NCBI GenBank assembly: GCA_009602725.1
Contig: WELB01000007.1
Coordinates: forward strand, 250,823 to 292,087
Length of the DNA stretch: 41,265 nt
Direction: 5' to 3'
Source of the DNA: Spirogloea muscicola
Lineage: Eukaryota
The notes under the pieces are model-generated. The model made no database searches and was not told the DNA's origin. It was given only the letters and a program-made list of their open reading frames with translations. This document shows, piece after piece, positions 1-11,565 of this stretch. The position numbers and the translations under genes are program-made. How positions within the stretch are numbered: position 1 is the stretch's first letter; each line of letters opens with the position of its first letter.

Positions 1-179
1 GCGGCGAGCAGCGGTCTCAACGAGGGCCTCGTGACGCCGTGGCTTGGAGAAGGGTGGGGGCCGTCTGGGAGAACATGGAGACTGGTGGGGGCCGTCGGGG
101 AGACGGTAATGAGCCGCTCTGCGCTGGCTTTTGGAGGCAGTAAAGCCCCAAACCCTCGCGCCCGGTTCATGAAAACCCG

Positions 180-398
180 GCCTGTAGAGAAAATAGGCAA
201 TATGTGAATTTGTTTTCCTATAGGCACTTCTAGTGGGGAAATCTGCCCCGAAAAACTGTGCCTGTACATACAGGCACGTTCCTATATCGAGTCACATTTG
301 CCTGGGTAAAAAAGTGCTTCCCGCAAAATGGTGCCACTATCGAGGTTTTGCCCTAATGTGCCTATATCGAGAGGTGCCTATAACAAGGTTTGACTGTA
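180..398. mobile_element. Terminus of a Tc1/mariner-superfamily (pogo/Tigger-like) DNA transposon or MITE
   Basis: Ends in ...AACAAGGTTTGACTG|TA (reverse complement TA|CAGTCAAACCTTGTTATAGGCAC), the CAGT-starting TIR plus TA target typical of pogo-like elements. Subterminal motifs (GTGCCTATA/ATAGGCAC, CCTATATCGAG) recur several times. The other end is not in the window, so the left boundary is approximate. Confidence 0.65.
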
Positions 399-424
399 TC
401 GGCACCGTTGGAATATGCCAATGG

Positions 425-935
425 ACTGATCTGGCCCGAAGCTCAGATCTGGAATACTCGGTACTGTGCTGGTGGCAGGGCTATCGCTCTCTCACCAATG
501 AAAGATCTGTGATTACAAGATGTTTTCTCTGACTTGGGATTGTCAGTCAATCAGGTGGTACGACTTTCTATGAACCATTGACGGAATCCGAGTCGGAAGT
601 CGGATCCACTATCCAGTCATGTGCTCATGGCAGGGCCAACATGCCCTCAACATCTAGAGGTCACGGGAATTGAAGGAAGCCGATCCGAAGCTCAGATGCA
701 GATTCCAGTATAAGGGTAATGGCAGGGCCAGCCAAGCCTCAAAATTTTGTTTACAACGGCTTACGATATGTCCTCCGACTTGGATGGTCAAGTCAGTCAG
801 GTATGAATATCTGTACAGTACCGAATGAAAGGATTGCAGATGTACAATGTAGTGCTGATGGCAAAGCCATCATCCCCCTCAGTATGTCAAGTGACAGACT
901 GTTTTCAATTTGGTAGGTTAGTCAATGATGTATCA
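425..935. repeat. Degenerate direct repeats (~250 bp period)
   Basis: CCGAAGCTCAGAT at ~436 and ~686. TGGCAGGGC-like words at ~472, ~628, ~720 and ~860. GACTTGG..GTCAGTCA..GGT at ~531 and ~777. Confidence 0.5.
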
Positions 936-1582
936 CTTCCTGCCCCTTGGCCCCTGCTGCGACTTGGCATAACTCGGCGCTTTGCAGGGATTTGCAGAGC
1001 TGCAGAGAGAGGCTACTCCAAGAGGAGGCAGTGATAGTGATAAGCCGGCGAGAAAAACCAACGGGAGCCCAAACGGAAGCACAAATCACTTCGGCAGAAG
1101 AAGCGTATACTCTTGATAGCCGCAGCGAAAAACCCCTGGTCGATAGCCGCAAGTCAGGCTAAATATCAAATAGCAGCAGAGAGTGACTCGGCCAACCTGG
1201 GGCAACAGCCAAGGCATGGCCACGAAATTGCAAGGTGAAAGCTTGGGAAGCTGCAGCACGACGTATAGACGCATGCAGTGAACCAGATCCAGCGAGCACA
1301 CGGGTGGGCAGCCCGTGGCTGCTCACCCTGCTTCCCCTGCCAGAAGGATGCAATGAATGTAGTGGATGCAACTTACCATAGGCAGGTGGTTGCAGAAGAC
1401 CAGCCCACACGCACTATGACTGATGGGGCTGTGATGAGCTTGGTTGCCACGGGCCGTGATCCAGACATTCCATAAGCTAGGCCTGAGACAGCGTCAGTGT
1501 AGTGCGAGAGGTGGCTACACACACGGCGTATGTGAACGGAGCTCGCCTGAGAGCGTGGAAAAAGGATGCAGCTTTTGATGTT

Positions 1583-2110
1583 ATCAAGAGCGGCTGTAGA
1601 AGCCAGCTAGGTGCATACAGAGTGTGTTCAATACCATACTAACCGAGCCACAGCTCGGCAAACAAGGCGCTCTTAATACTTCCTTGTCACAAAAAGAAAA
1701 TAGATGAGCTGAGGGGAGAAAGGGCAACCGCGCTGCGCAAGCCAGAGGCTGCTGCAAGAGCGCAACCGGCTTGGCGGTGCAAAGCAAGCGCTTGGGATCC
1801 CTGGAGAGACAACATTAGACGTATGCGGTAGCAGGACACAAGACCCAAAGGCACAGAGCCTCCAGAAAGTGCTGCACCCTGTTCGCGGCGCCGCGGTCAG
1901 CTCGAGAGGCCAGCAACTAGAGTAACGAGGACCATCGACCCCGTAACAGCCGTGGATGTCCATAGCCAGCGGGTAGAATGATACTCACAGCAGGGTGGTC
2001 CGGGTACTTGCCATTTTCTGCTCGGCCACCTTCGCAACATGACCGGCACCAGGCGTAATGGGGCCTTCTTCTGAATGCTGTCAGTGAGGACGACGTCCAT
2101 GAGGAGCCGC
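1583..2110 (-). mobile_element. Degenerate 5'-truncated CRE-type non-LTR retrotransposon, subfamily A (RLE C-terminus + 3' UTR)
   Basis: Frameshifted homologue of 14272-14820 (MDVVLTDS..., MDIHGCYG..., ...VTRKY*), followed by the subfamily-A 3' UTR. Confidence 0.85.
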
Positions 2111-2481
2111 TAGAGGACCGACGGACAATGTCGGATGCGAATGAGGAGGACGTCATATCTTTGCATGCTTGCCCAGACGCTCCCACGCTGGTCTTGGCGG
2201 CATGCGGCGGCCTGCACAAGGAGGGGCAATGGGATAAGCCAGTGCTTATGCACCAGTGATTTGGTAGACATGTGAACAAGCCCTGCGCCAGAGGCAGGTG
2301 GTTGACATCCTTGGCTAGACCTGGCGGGTTGTCTTGCGGAGCTCTTCGGCACAGACAGCCCAGCGCTTCGTGTGACAGAAGTCAATGGCCGTGGCGGCTT
2401 CAGATGCCACTGTCAACAGATCACAGCAGCTTGTGTATCAGCAGATGGACAGTAGACAAAAGACGGACAGAGGGGAAGAAA

Positions 2482-2900
2482 ATGGCTCTCCCAAAGGGGG
2501 CCAAGGGCTGTGAATAGCCAGCCCGGAGGGAATTGAAAGAGGGGATAGCACATAACGAGGATTCCCATCCCAGACCCCTCAATCGACACACTTTCAAGAA
2601 ATTTCGCAACAAACCCACCCAGCCTCAGGAAATGGAGTGTGTAATAAGTGATGGAGGGCCTTCATGGCCAAGTACAAAGGCAAGCACACTGACATATGTA
2701 CATGACCTGCTGCTAAGCTGACCTGCTCACAAACCACGAGTCAGCACATAGAGGTCGCTAATTGATGCCCGAATACCGGACGTTGCAATCGACAAGCTCT
2801 TGTGCCACCAGCTAAGGCTCGGCCAGCTTCCTGATGCAAAGCATGAGCCTGAGCTCGCTGCAGACAGGCTGACACTCGACCTCAGGGTGATAAGGAGCTC
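2482..2900 (-). mobile_element. Degenerate CRE-type 3' end, subfamily C
   Basis: The minus strand reads LQRAQAHALHQEAGRALA.../RASISDLYVLTRGL*, then a UTR shared with 8275-8558, and ends in the GGGCTG..CAGCCC..GAGAGCC module at ~2482-2525. Confidence 0.75.
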
Positions 2901-3231
2901 TTGCTGGATAGCCAGCGTAAGTTGCAGAAGATGCAGCTCACCTTTCTGGCGCCTTCAGGTAGCCCTCACAGGTCGCCACCACAGTCGCTTGTTCGGAGGT
3001 CGCCCTCCTGCCACTGTTGCAGCCGCCGGGCCTCTGTTGGCTTCTTTTGTCGGGGACCCCCCGCGGGCAGAGCCGTCGGGGGAACGAGCCGGGGAGTGTG
3101 ATCCGAGCTCCCGCAACCGCCGCCGCCGCCGCCGCCGCCGCGATTTGCGGCGCCTGCGGCGCGCGGGCGCGCGGATCCGGCGACCCCGCGCAGGCCGGCC
3201 GGCGGCGGCGGCGGCGGGCTCCGCTGCAGCC

Positions 3232-6200
3232 ATGGGGCTCAGCCTGGTGGAGGTGCGCAGCTCGCCGGCGCCCTTGCTGCAGCTCATCCCTCGCCCGTGG
3301 AGCGCGGCGCCGAGCTCGGGGCCCCGGCTGTGACGGCGCGCCGTCAGGCTTGCCGATACCATGGCCTCGGCTCTGCGTCGCTGCTCGTGCCAGTAAAGCG
3401 GCAGATAGCTGCGCCGGTGCCACGTCGCAGCTGCGCTCGAGCCCGTGGCTGGGCTCAGGGTGCCCTCCTTCAGCAGTTTCAGCTAAGACCATTCTCCACA
3501 TCGAGGATCGACTCGGAGAAGTTTGGTGCTTCTGCTCCTGCAGGGGCTGGTCAAGTCCTTCTTGATGATACTCGTGTCCGAGATCGGGGACAAGACCTTC
3601 TTCGTGGCCATGGTATGTGCCATCTCCAGCACCCTCGGAGCATGTAGAGCTTGTCAGTAATCAGCTTGAAGCTCCAATCCGGCCGTCATCTGGCGTGCTC
3701 CGGCAAGCCTTCCGTTCTCAATCAGTGAGACCCTTGCTGCAGCTGATGGCCATGCGGCACAACCGGAGGGAGGTGTTGACGGGAGCTCTGTCTGCTACCT
3801 GGGTAAGTTGCTGACAGCCATAACTGTCTCATGACATACACATAGTGCAACACTTACTGCCTATAACAATCAGCATGCTTGACTCACTGAGGTCGAGCAA
3901 GGCTGGTCAACTCTGAGCTAAGATCAGGCGTTGGGGTTTAGGAGTTGGGGTTTATCTTGCAGCAGTGATCTGCACAAACAGGCACTCTAGAGTAGGGCAA
4001 TAGTACGAAGTTAAGAAGTTTTTGCAATCATCTAGGGCTAAACCTGGGCAAAGTCGGGGCAAAAGCTCCATCTGCACCACAGAGCCTGGTTGCAATTGCC
4101 TAAACCCTTGACTGTGCCAAGGCAGCAGGAGGATACAAGCAAGAATCTTAGTGTGCAGCAAATTATACAATTCTTGCACCCTCGTGAATCTGGTACATTG
4201 TGGACAGTGGTAGCTTGACATGACATCCTCTGATGTCAATGCAGCTCATGACGATCATCTCTATGACATTTGGTGCGGTTGCGCCCACTATTGTGAGTGT
4301 TCTTTGGATAACTGCTTTAGGCCTTCAATGCAGTGCATTGGCCTCACTAAGTTGTACTGCTACAGTGCTCTTCATTCCATGCAGCTTGGTCGATTGCTTC
4401 ATGGTGGACTATCTTCAGATTGGTTGCTTGACCTTTGTGACAAGATATGCATTACCGTGCTTCAGATTCCGGCAGGCTGGACAGATGTTGCTGCCACAGC
4501 CCTTTACTTCGTCTTCGGCATTAAGTCGCTTGTAGACGGGTTTAACCACACTGGCAAGTAAGACTTAGAATCAGCCAGTGGAATGCGAGTGCCTTGATAG
4601 AAACCCCAAAACCAATACACCCACGGAAACAGATGCCGCAGATGTCCTTTAGACAGCGATTTCACTAATGAATCAAGTAAATGAGATATATTATGCTGCC
4701 ACCTCTTCCTGATTAGCCCTAGGAGGATGAGCTTGTCTGCTACTTGTGAAGCACGACTATCCCTGTTGCTGATTTTGCAACTTCATGTTGAGCTCAACCA
4801 ACTTGCTGTGCCCTCCTCACACAGCGAGCCAGGAGAGATGGCCTCCGCGCGAGCTGAGCTGGATGAAGCAGAGGTTAGTCTGCATGTGGCTGAGCATGGA
4901 ATTGTCTTCACAGCATGAAAAGTCGAGCTTGTCAGATTTCTCAGCTATCCAAGTAACACCTCCTGCCTAGAGGTTCTTCATTTATAGTCAGTATTTTGTT
5001 TCTGCCCCTCTCATGCAGGCGCGCAGGATAGAAGAAAAGGAGAAAGGAAGGAAGCTGCCTCTGTCTAGTGCTTACATGCAGGTACAACAGTAGCAGGTGC
5101 TGCTTTGGGCAGCAGCAATCATTGCTAAGGATGTGCACATTTTGAGCTGATGGAATGTTTGACTTGGGCGAGCATGGTACCTTGTCAATCAGGGGACTTG
5201 ACAAGACTTTCTTGACCCAGAATCTGCAAAGGCCCTAGACTTACAGCTGGCCAGGCCTGCACACTCAGTCTTTGAATTTTATAGCCTGCCTGCTTGAGCA
5301 CAGTAGAAATGCCTATGTAGGGCACTAAACCCCAACTATATGTAATCTGTGGCTTGCAGACTTTTGCAATGACATTCTTTGGTGAATGGGGGGATCGTAG
5401 TCAGGTGTGTAAGTAAGAAGAAGACTTGTGGAACGGCATGTCCAGAGTCATTGATGTCAGTGATGTGTAGTCTATCTTACCAGCTCCATGGCTGGATGCC
5501 TGCTATTATGCCTTACTGCCCAGAGGCTTTTCTAACGTGGCCCGTACAGAATTTGTGTCTTGGAGCTAGTTACTGATAAAGAATACGGCCCTGCAGTTTG
5601 CCACCATTGGCCTGGCGGCGCAGGAGAACGCTTTCGGCGTCACACTTGGAGGCATGCTGTATGTCCTCGTACTTTTGTTGGGAGTGCTATGGTCGTAGCT
5701 CTGCGTCGTCATTGTTATATTCACATAGTATAAGTACACGTTCCTCCATTGCCCAGGTAGACGCAAGCTTAAAAATCTGTCATGCTGCTGTAACTATCTG
5801 AATTCCCGTATTCCTGCACTTGGCACAAGGATGTATGTGTGTCAAAGTCCACTGTAGGTATGTGGGCTTCAGGCATGCTGGGTTGAAGCCTTTTAGATTG
5901 ACTTGGTGTGGCTAGTTTGACATGCTCACCATAGCTTCATCAGGGGCTGAGATGCAAATGACGACTCATTGAGTAGTGCTTCCTGAAAAGCTTGAGCTGG
6001 TTGGCACAAGCTGCAAGCACTACCCAACATTCTGGTCTCCATTCTCACCTGCGAGAATCATGCCAAGGCGTCCTCATCAGCGTCTGATAGTAGCACATGT
6101 CAAGGCCACTAAGCAAGATATCCTATTGTCTGTTCTTGGTTTAGAGGGCACCTTCTGTGTGCAACCTTTGCAGTATTTGCTGGCGATTATGTGTCACATA

Positions 6201-6575
6201 CATTGTCGGAAAAGATGGTGAGTTTGTTCTTCCGTCACCGAACTTTGAGCTCAATCACTTTATGCAGCTCGTTATTTGACAATAGCAGTGGTGCTTACAT
6301 ATCTCACACTGCTGTTCATTAAGAACATTGCAAAAGGAATTGCTTGTAACCATATGGGGGGGTAAATGTCTCGAATGCCCTTTCTTATGTTGAGGTCTAT
6401 TGGCAACAAGGGCAGAGGTGAAGACGACTTGCTGCTGCTCCCTATCGATCTCGGACTGCTAATCCCCTATCTGGCATTGTTGAATCTGCTGCAGATGTCG
6501 TATATGGGTGGAGGCTTATTCCTCTGCTTTGGTGCCAACTCACTAGCAACCATTAATTTCCACCAATTTTTTTAG
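3232..6575 (+). CDS. GDT1: GDT1/UPF0016 (TMEM165-family) Ca2+/Mn2+:H+ antiporter, short GDT1-like 4/5 type, about 11 exons
   Basis: GT-AG exons splice to MGLSLVE|GLVKSFLMILVSEIGDKTFFVAM|LMAMRHNRREVLTGALSATW|LMTIISMTFGAVAPTI|IPAGWTDVAATALYFVFGIKSL...|TFAMTFFGEWGDRSQ|FATIGLAAQENAFGVTLGGML|GHLLCATFAVFAG...SEKM|MSYMGGGLFLCFG...FF*. Both E-x-G-D-[KR]-[TS] family motifs are present. Confidence 0.93.
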
Positions 6576-7388
6576 CTGTCTCTTGAGCATGGCCCTATTT
6601 GCACCCGTGGCTGAGATGGAGAGCAGACGAAGGTGTTTGTGTCATTCTTCCATTGCAAGCGCTGGTGCAAATGGCAAGGGCGCCAGCTTAGTTCTCATAT
6701 TTGCCCTCCTTTGTCCCCCTTTTGCCTTTGGACAAACTTCAGCGAGGTAGGAGGCAAAGGGACGGAGGGGGAGAATAAAGACGCATGTCAGCTTGGAGCC
6801 CAGCAGTTGGCTCAGATCATAGTATCAACTACCAGTAGATCCTCCCAGTGTATTTCCACTGGGAATGCAAATCTGATGTGCAAGCCAGGTGCATTGCTCG
6901 ACCAACTCACCATGATCGAGTCAGGCAATGCAGCATTGGTGATGGCAAGTGTCAAGGTCGACCTACAATGTGGTATGAGGACGGCACCTCATTAGTGAAT
7001 AAGGCGGCTAGCTGCATGCTTGTCAGCCAGGTGCACACCTCAAAGGCACGTGTAAGACTCTACAAAGGAGCTGGCGGTTTGTCAAGGTCAGGACAACGAG
7101 CAGGTTCTCTTACATGAGCTGGTAATGGCTCGCCTCTTTCAGAGCTTAGGCCAACTTTTCTCAAGAATCATAATATTTGGTACTCAGAAACTGGAAGCTA
7201 CTGAAGCTAGCAATGGCAGGTAGCACATGGAGGCTGCCCAAGTTCTATCAGCCAAGGCTGGTGGCCTGACGTTGCTCATAGTTGAGAGCAGCGGTAGGCC
7301 ATGCGAGCCTGGAGCAGGGCAACTGGGCTGCCGATGAATGTGGAGGGAGGAGAGGCTAGGAGAAGACGCAACCAGGCATGCAGCGGCA

Positions 7389-8801
7389 TCAGGAGGTGGC
7401 AGTCACAGCGCCCCAGTCCTCTCCCCAGTCCTCCCATGCGTCGTCGATGGCACGCCTAGCTGCGCTGCCGCCTGTGTCCCGCTTGGTGGCTGCTGCGGTG
7501 CTGCGGCAGGGCTGCCCTCTCGATGTGACGGCCTGCACAAGCCGGGCCCCCAGCTTCAGCGCAAGCTCCGAAGACATACACAGAGGGCAGCAGGCAGTGG
7601 CAGCGGCTCCTCACCTTTGGCAGCGGCCGTGGGGGTGGCGGCGGCGCCCTCCATGCACGGCCCTCCAGCTCCGCCTGCAGGAGTTGCAGAGCTGGCACGG
7701 CTTGATCAGGGCATTGCCATGACCTCCGAGGAAGTCCAGAAGGTGGCGGCTGCGATGGCCGTGGCCGGCAAAGGCGACGAGGAGGGAGCAGCAGGAGCTC
7801 GGCAGAGGGCCGTGCCGCCCACCTGGAGCTTCTCGCGGTAGAGTACTGCAGCTGCGGACGTGTACTTGGCCTCAATGTCGGGCAGGCCCTCGGCGGCTCT
7901 GTCATCATAGAGGTCCAGGAACTCCCGCAGCGCGTCATTGCCGCCGGCCTGGCTTCCCACATTGCGACGTAAGAGCTGGTCAGCATAGCTCCTACTGGGA
8001 TTCAACGGTGGCCGGAGCTGCCCACAACCCTGGCTGGCAATGGCTCCCGCTCGGCCAGCGGCGGCCTGAGAGGAGGGCGGCGAGTGGGCTCACCGCCATG
8101 GCGCGGAGCTGCAGGGGCGTCCAGCTGTCCATGGTGACGGAGCGCACAAAGGAGACGTGGACGCCGAGCGCGCGGTGCCGGCCGGAGCACTCGAGGCACA
8201 CAAACACGCCGCAGCTGCGCGCAACGGCGAACAGTGGAGAGAGGTTCAGGACGTTGGAAAGAAGCGAAGGAATGTGGAGTGTGTGCTGAGTGATGGAGGG
8301 CCTGAGTGGCCAAGTACAAGGGCAAGCACACTGACTGATGTACATCACCTGCCGTAAGCTGACCCGCTCAGTGACCACGAGTCAGCACATAAAACCGGAG
8401 TGTGTATTGGGTGATGGAGGGCCTGAGTGGCCAAGTATAATGACAAGCACATTGACTGATGTACATCACCTGCCGCTAAGCTGACCCGCTCAATGACCAT
8501 GAGTCAGCACACAGAGGTCGCTAAGTGATGCCCGAATACCGGACGGCAATTGACAAGCCCAGGAAGGAGGAGAGGAGCAGGACATGGCGGCTGTGGGCCC
8601 AGCGTCGCATCGACAAAAGCGGCGGCAAATGCGGCAGCGGCAGCGCCGCCGCGGCAGCCGCGGCGGCGGCCATGGTGGTGAGCCTGTGCGGCACCTGACG
8701 GAGGCCCACTGGGGGCTCTTGCGGCGGCAGTCGGCGCACTCGCGGTTGCCGGCGCGCGCCTGCAGCTCCCGCAGCCGCCGCAGGGCCTCCGGGGAGGCCA
8801 T
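7389..8801 (-). CDS. ADP-ribosylation factor GTPase-activating protein (ArfGAP1/AGD6-AGD7-like), 5 predicted exons, short
   Basis: Exons give [87 protein letters not shown]...[28 protein letters not shown]...K|AVTS...[18 protein letters not shown]. The CxxC-x16-CxxC-x4-R ArfGAP motif is intact. The last exon is less certain. Confidence 0.88.
8275..8558 (-). mobile_element. Two tandem subfamily-C retroelement 3' fragments inside ArfGAP intron 1 (8215-8694)
   Basis: GTGATGGAGGGCCTGAGTGGCCAAGTA...GAGTCAGCACA occurs twice (~8290 and ~8412) and matches 2648-2797. The minus strand reads ...[10 protein letters not shown]. Confidence 0.8.
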
Positions 8802-8839
8802 GGACGTGGGCGCCCACGAGGCCGGCGCCGCCGCGGCGN

Positions 8840-11179
8840 CCTGAACCCTGAACCCTGAACCCTGAACCCTGAACCCTGAACCCTGAACCCTGAACCCTGA
8901 ACCCTGAACCCTGAACCCTGAACCCTGAACCCTGAACCCTGAACCCTGAACCCTGAACCCTGAACCCTGAACCCTGAACCCTGAACCCTGAACCCTGAAC
9001 CCTGAACCCTGAACCCTGAACCCTGAACCCTGAACCCTGAACCCTGAACCCTGAACCCTGAACCCTGAACCCTGAACCCTGAACCCTGAACCCTGAACCC
9101 TGAACCCTGAACCCTGAACCCTGAACCCTGAACCCTGAACCCTGAACCCTGAACCCTGAACCCTGAACCCTGAACCCTGAACCCTGAACCCTGAACCCTG
9201 AACCCTGAACCCTGAACCCTGAACCCTGAACCCTGAACCCTGAACCCTGAACCCTGAACCCTGAACCCTGAACCCTGAACCCTGAACCCTGAACCCTGAA
9301 CCCTGAACCCTGAACCCTGAACCCTGAACCCTGAACCCTGAACCCTGAACCCTGAACCCTGAACCCTGAACCCTGAACCCTGAACCCTGAACCCTGAACC
9401 CTGAACCCTGAACCCTGAACCCTGAACCCTGAACCCTGAACCCTGAACCCTGAACCCTGAACCCTGAACCCTGAACCCTGAACCCTGAACCCTGAACCCT
9501 GAACCCTGAACCCTGAACCCTGAACCCTGAACCCTGAACCCTGAACCCTGAACCCTGAACCCTGAACCCTGAACCCTGAACCCTGAACCCTGAACCCTGA
9601 ACCCTGAACCCTGAACCCTGAACCCTGAACCCTGAACCCTGAACCCTGAACCCTGAACCCTGAACCCTGAACCCTGAACCCTGAACCCTGAACCCTGAAC
9701 CCTGAACCCTGAACCCTGAACCCTGAACCCTGAACCCTGAACCCTGAACCCTGAACCCTGAACCCTGAACCCTGAACCCTGAACCCTGAACCCTGAACCC
9801 TGAACCCTGAACCCTGAACCCTGAACCCTGAACCCTGAACCCTGAACCCTGAACCCTGAACCCTGAACCCTGAACCCTGAACCCTGAACCCTGAACCCTG
9901 AACCCTGAACCCTGAACCCTGAACCCTGAACCCTGAACCCTGAACCCTGAACCCTGAACCCTGAACCCTGAACCCTGAACCCTGAACCCTGAACCCTGAA
10001 CCCTGAACCCTGAACCCTGAACCCTGAACCCTGAACCCTGAACCCTGAACCCTGAACCCTGAACCCTGAACCCTGAACCCTGAACCCTGAACCCTGAACC
10101 CTGAACCCTGAACCCTGAACCCTGAACCCTGAACCCTGAACCCTGAACCCTGAACCCTGAACCCTGAACCCTGAACCCTGAACCCTGAACCCTGAACCCT
10201 GAACCCTGAACCCTGAACCCTGAACCCTGAACCCTGAACCCTGAACCCTGAACCCTGAACCCTGAACCCTGAACCCTGAACCCTGAACCCTGAACCCTGA
10301 ACCCTGAACCCTGAACCCTGAACCCTGAACCCTGAACCCTGAACCCTGAACCCTGAACCCTGAACCCTGAACCCTGAACCCTGAACCCTGAACCCTGAAC
10401 CCTGAACCCTGAACCCTGAACCCTGAACCCTGAACCCTGAACCCTGAACCCTGAACCCTGAACCCTGAACCCTGAACCCTGAACCCTGAACCCTGAACCC
10501 TGAACCCTGAACCCTGAACCCTGAACCCTGAACCCTGAACCCTGAACCCTGAACCCTGAACCCTGAACCCTGAACCCTGAACCCTGAACCCTGAACCCTG
10601 AACCCTGAACCCTGAACCCTGAACCCTGAACCCTGAACCCTGAACCCTGAACCCTGAACCCTGAACCCTGAACCCTGAACCCTGAACCCTGAACCCTGAA
10701 CCCTGAACCCTGAACCCTGAACCCTGAACCCTGAACCCTGAACCCTGAACCCTGAACCCTGAACCCTGAACCCTGAACCCTGAACCCTGAACCCTGAACC
10801 CTGAACCCTGAACCCTGAACCCTGAACCCTGAACCCTGAACCCTGAACCCTGAACCCTGAACCCTGAACCCTGAACCCTGAACCCTGAACCCTGAACCCT
10901 GAACCCTGAACCCTGAACCCTGAACCCTGAACCCTGAACCCTGAACCCTGAACCCTGAACCCTGAACCCTGAACCCTGAACCCTGAACCCTGAACCCTGA
11001 ACCCTGAACCCTGAACCCTGAACCCTGAACCCTGAACCCTGAACCCTGAACCCTGAACCCTGAACCCTGAACCCTGAACCCTGAACCCTGAACCCTGAAC
11101 CCTGAACCCTGAACCCTGAACCCTGAACCCTGAACCCTGAACCCTGAACCCTGAACCCTGAACCCTGAACCCTGAACCC
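8840..11179. repeat. Telomere-type tandem array (CCCTGAA)n / (TTCAGGG)n, about 334 units
   Basis: Uninterrupted 7-mer array beginning right after an N at 8839. The C-rich strand is on top, as expected for a left chromosome end whose interior lies to the right. Confidence 0.95.
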
Positions 11180-11565
11180 CTCATTCTCATCCTGATTGTG
11201 AGTGGACGGTCGACTAGAAAAGATTGTAGCACTGGAAGGCTGGGTTACTCACCTGTTTGGTCTGTGATGATTTCAGATCCTGAATACGACCTGTGTTTAT
11301 CAGGCTAATGCAATCTATATGTGAAGGAGGTGGCAGGACTGTAGCTGACTGAAGATGACATGATCCACGACCAACGAAGGGTGCACTTAAGTAACGAACT
11401 CAGCAAACAAGGGCAGCGCAAATATTTATGCGAGATGGTCCTGACATATCCAAGCATTGTGGCAGCTCTGCATTAGCAGTGTGCGGCTAAATCACTAAGA
11501 GGGAACATGGCTGACCAAAAATGACGTCCATGTAGAAGAGATGACGATAGGAAAAACGGCAATGA

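Noticed and set aside
947..1480. Short ORFs as a possible gene
   Set aside because: No recognisable domain or coherent splice structure.
2800..3565. Several long overlapping Arg/Ala/Pro-rich ORFs
   Set aside because: Stop-poor GC island at the GDT1 5' end. Only the 7-codon first exon and the start of exon 2 are supported. The same applies to GC islands near 12300, 21250, 30800 and 35500.
8521..11232. 903-aa ORF of GFRVQGS repeats
   Set aside because: It is the translation of the stop-free TTCAGGG array read across an N, not a gene.
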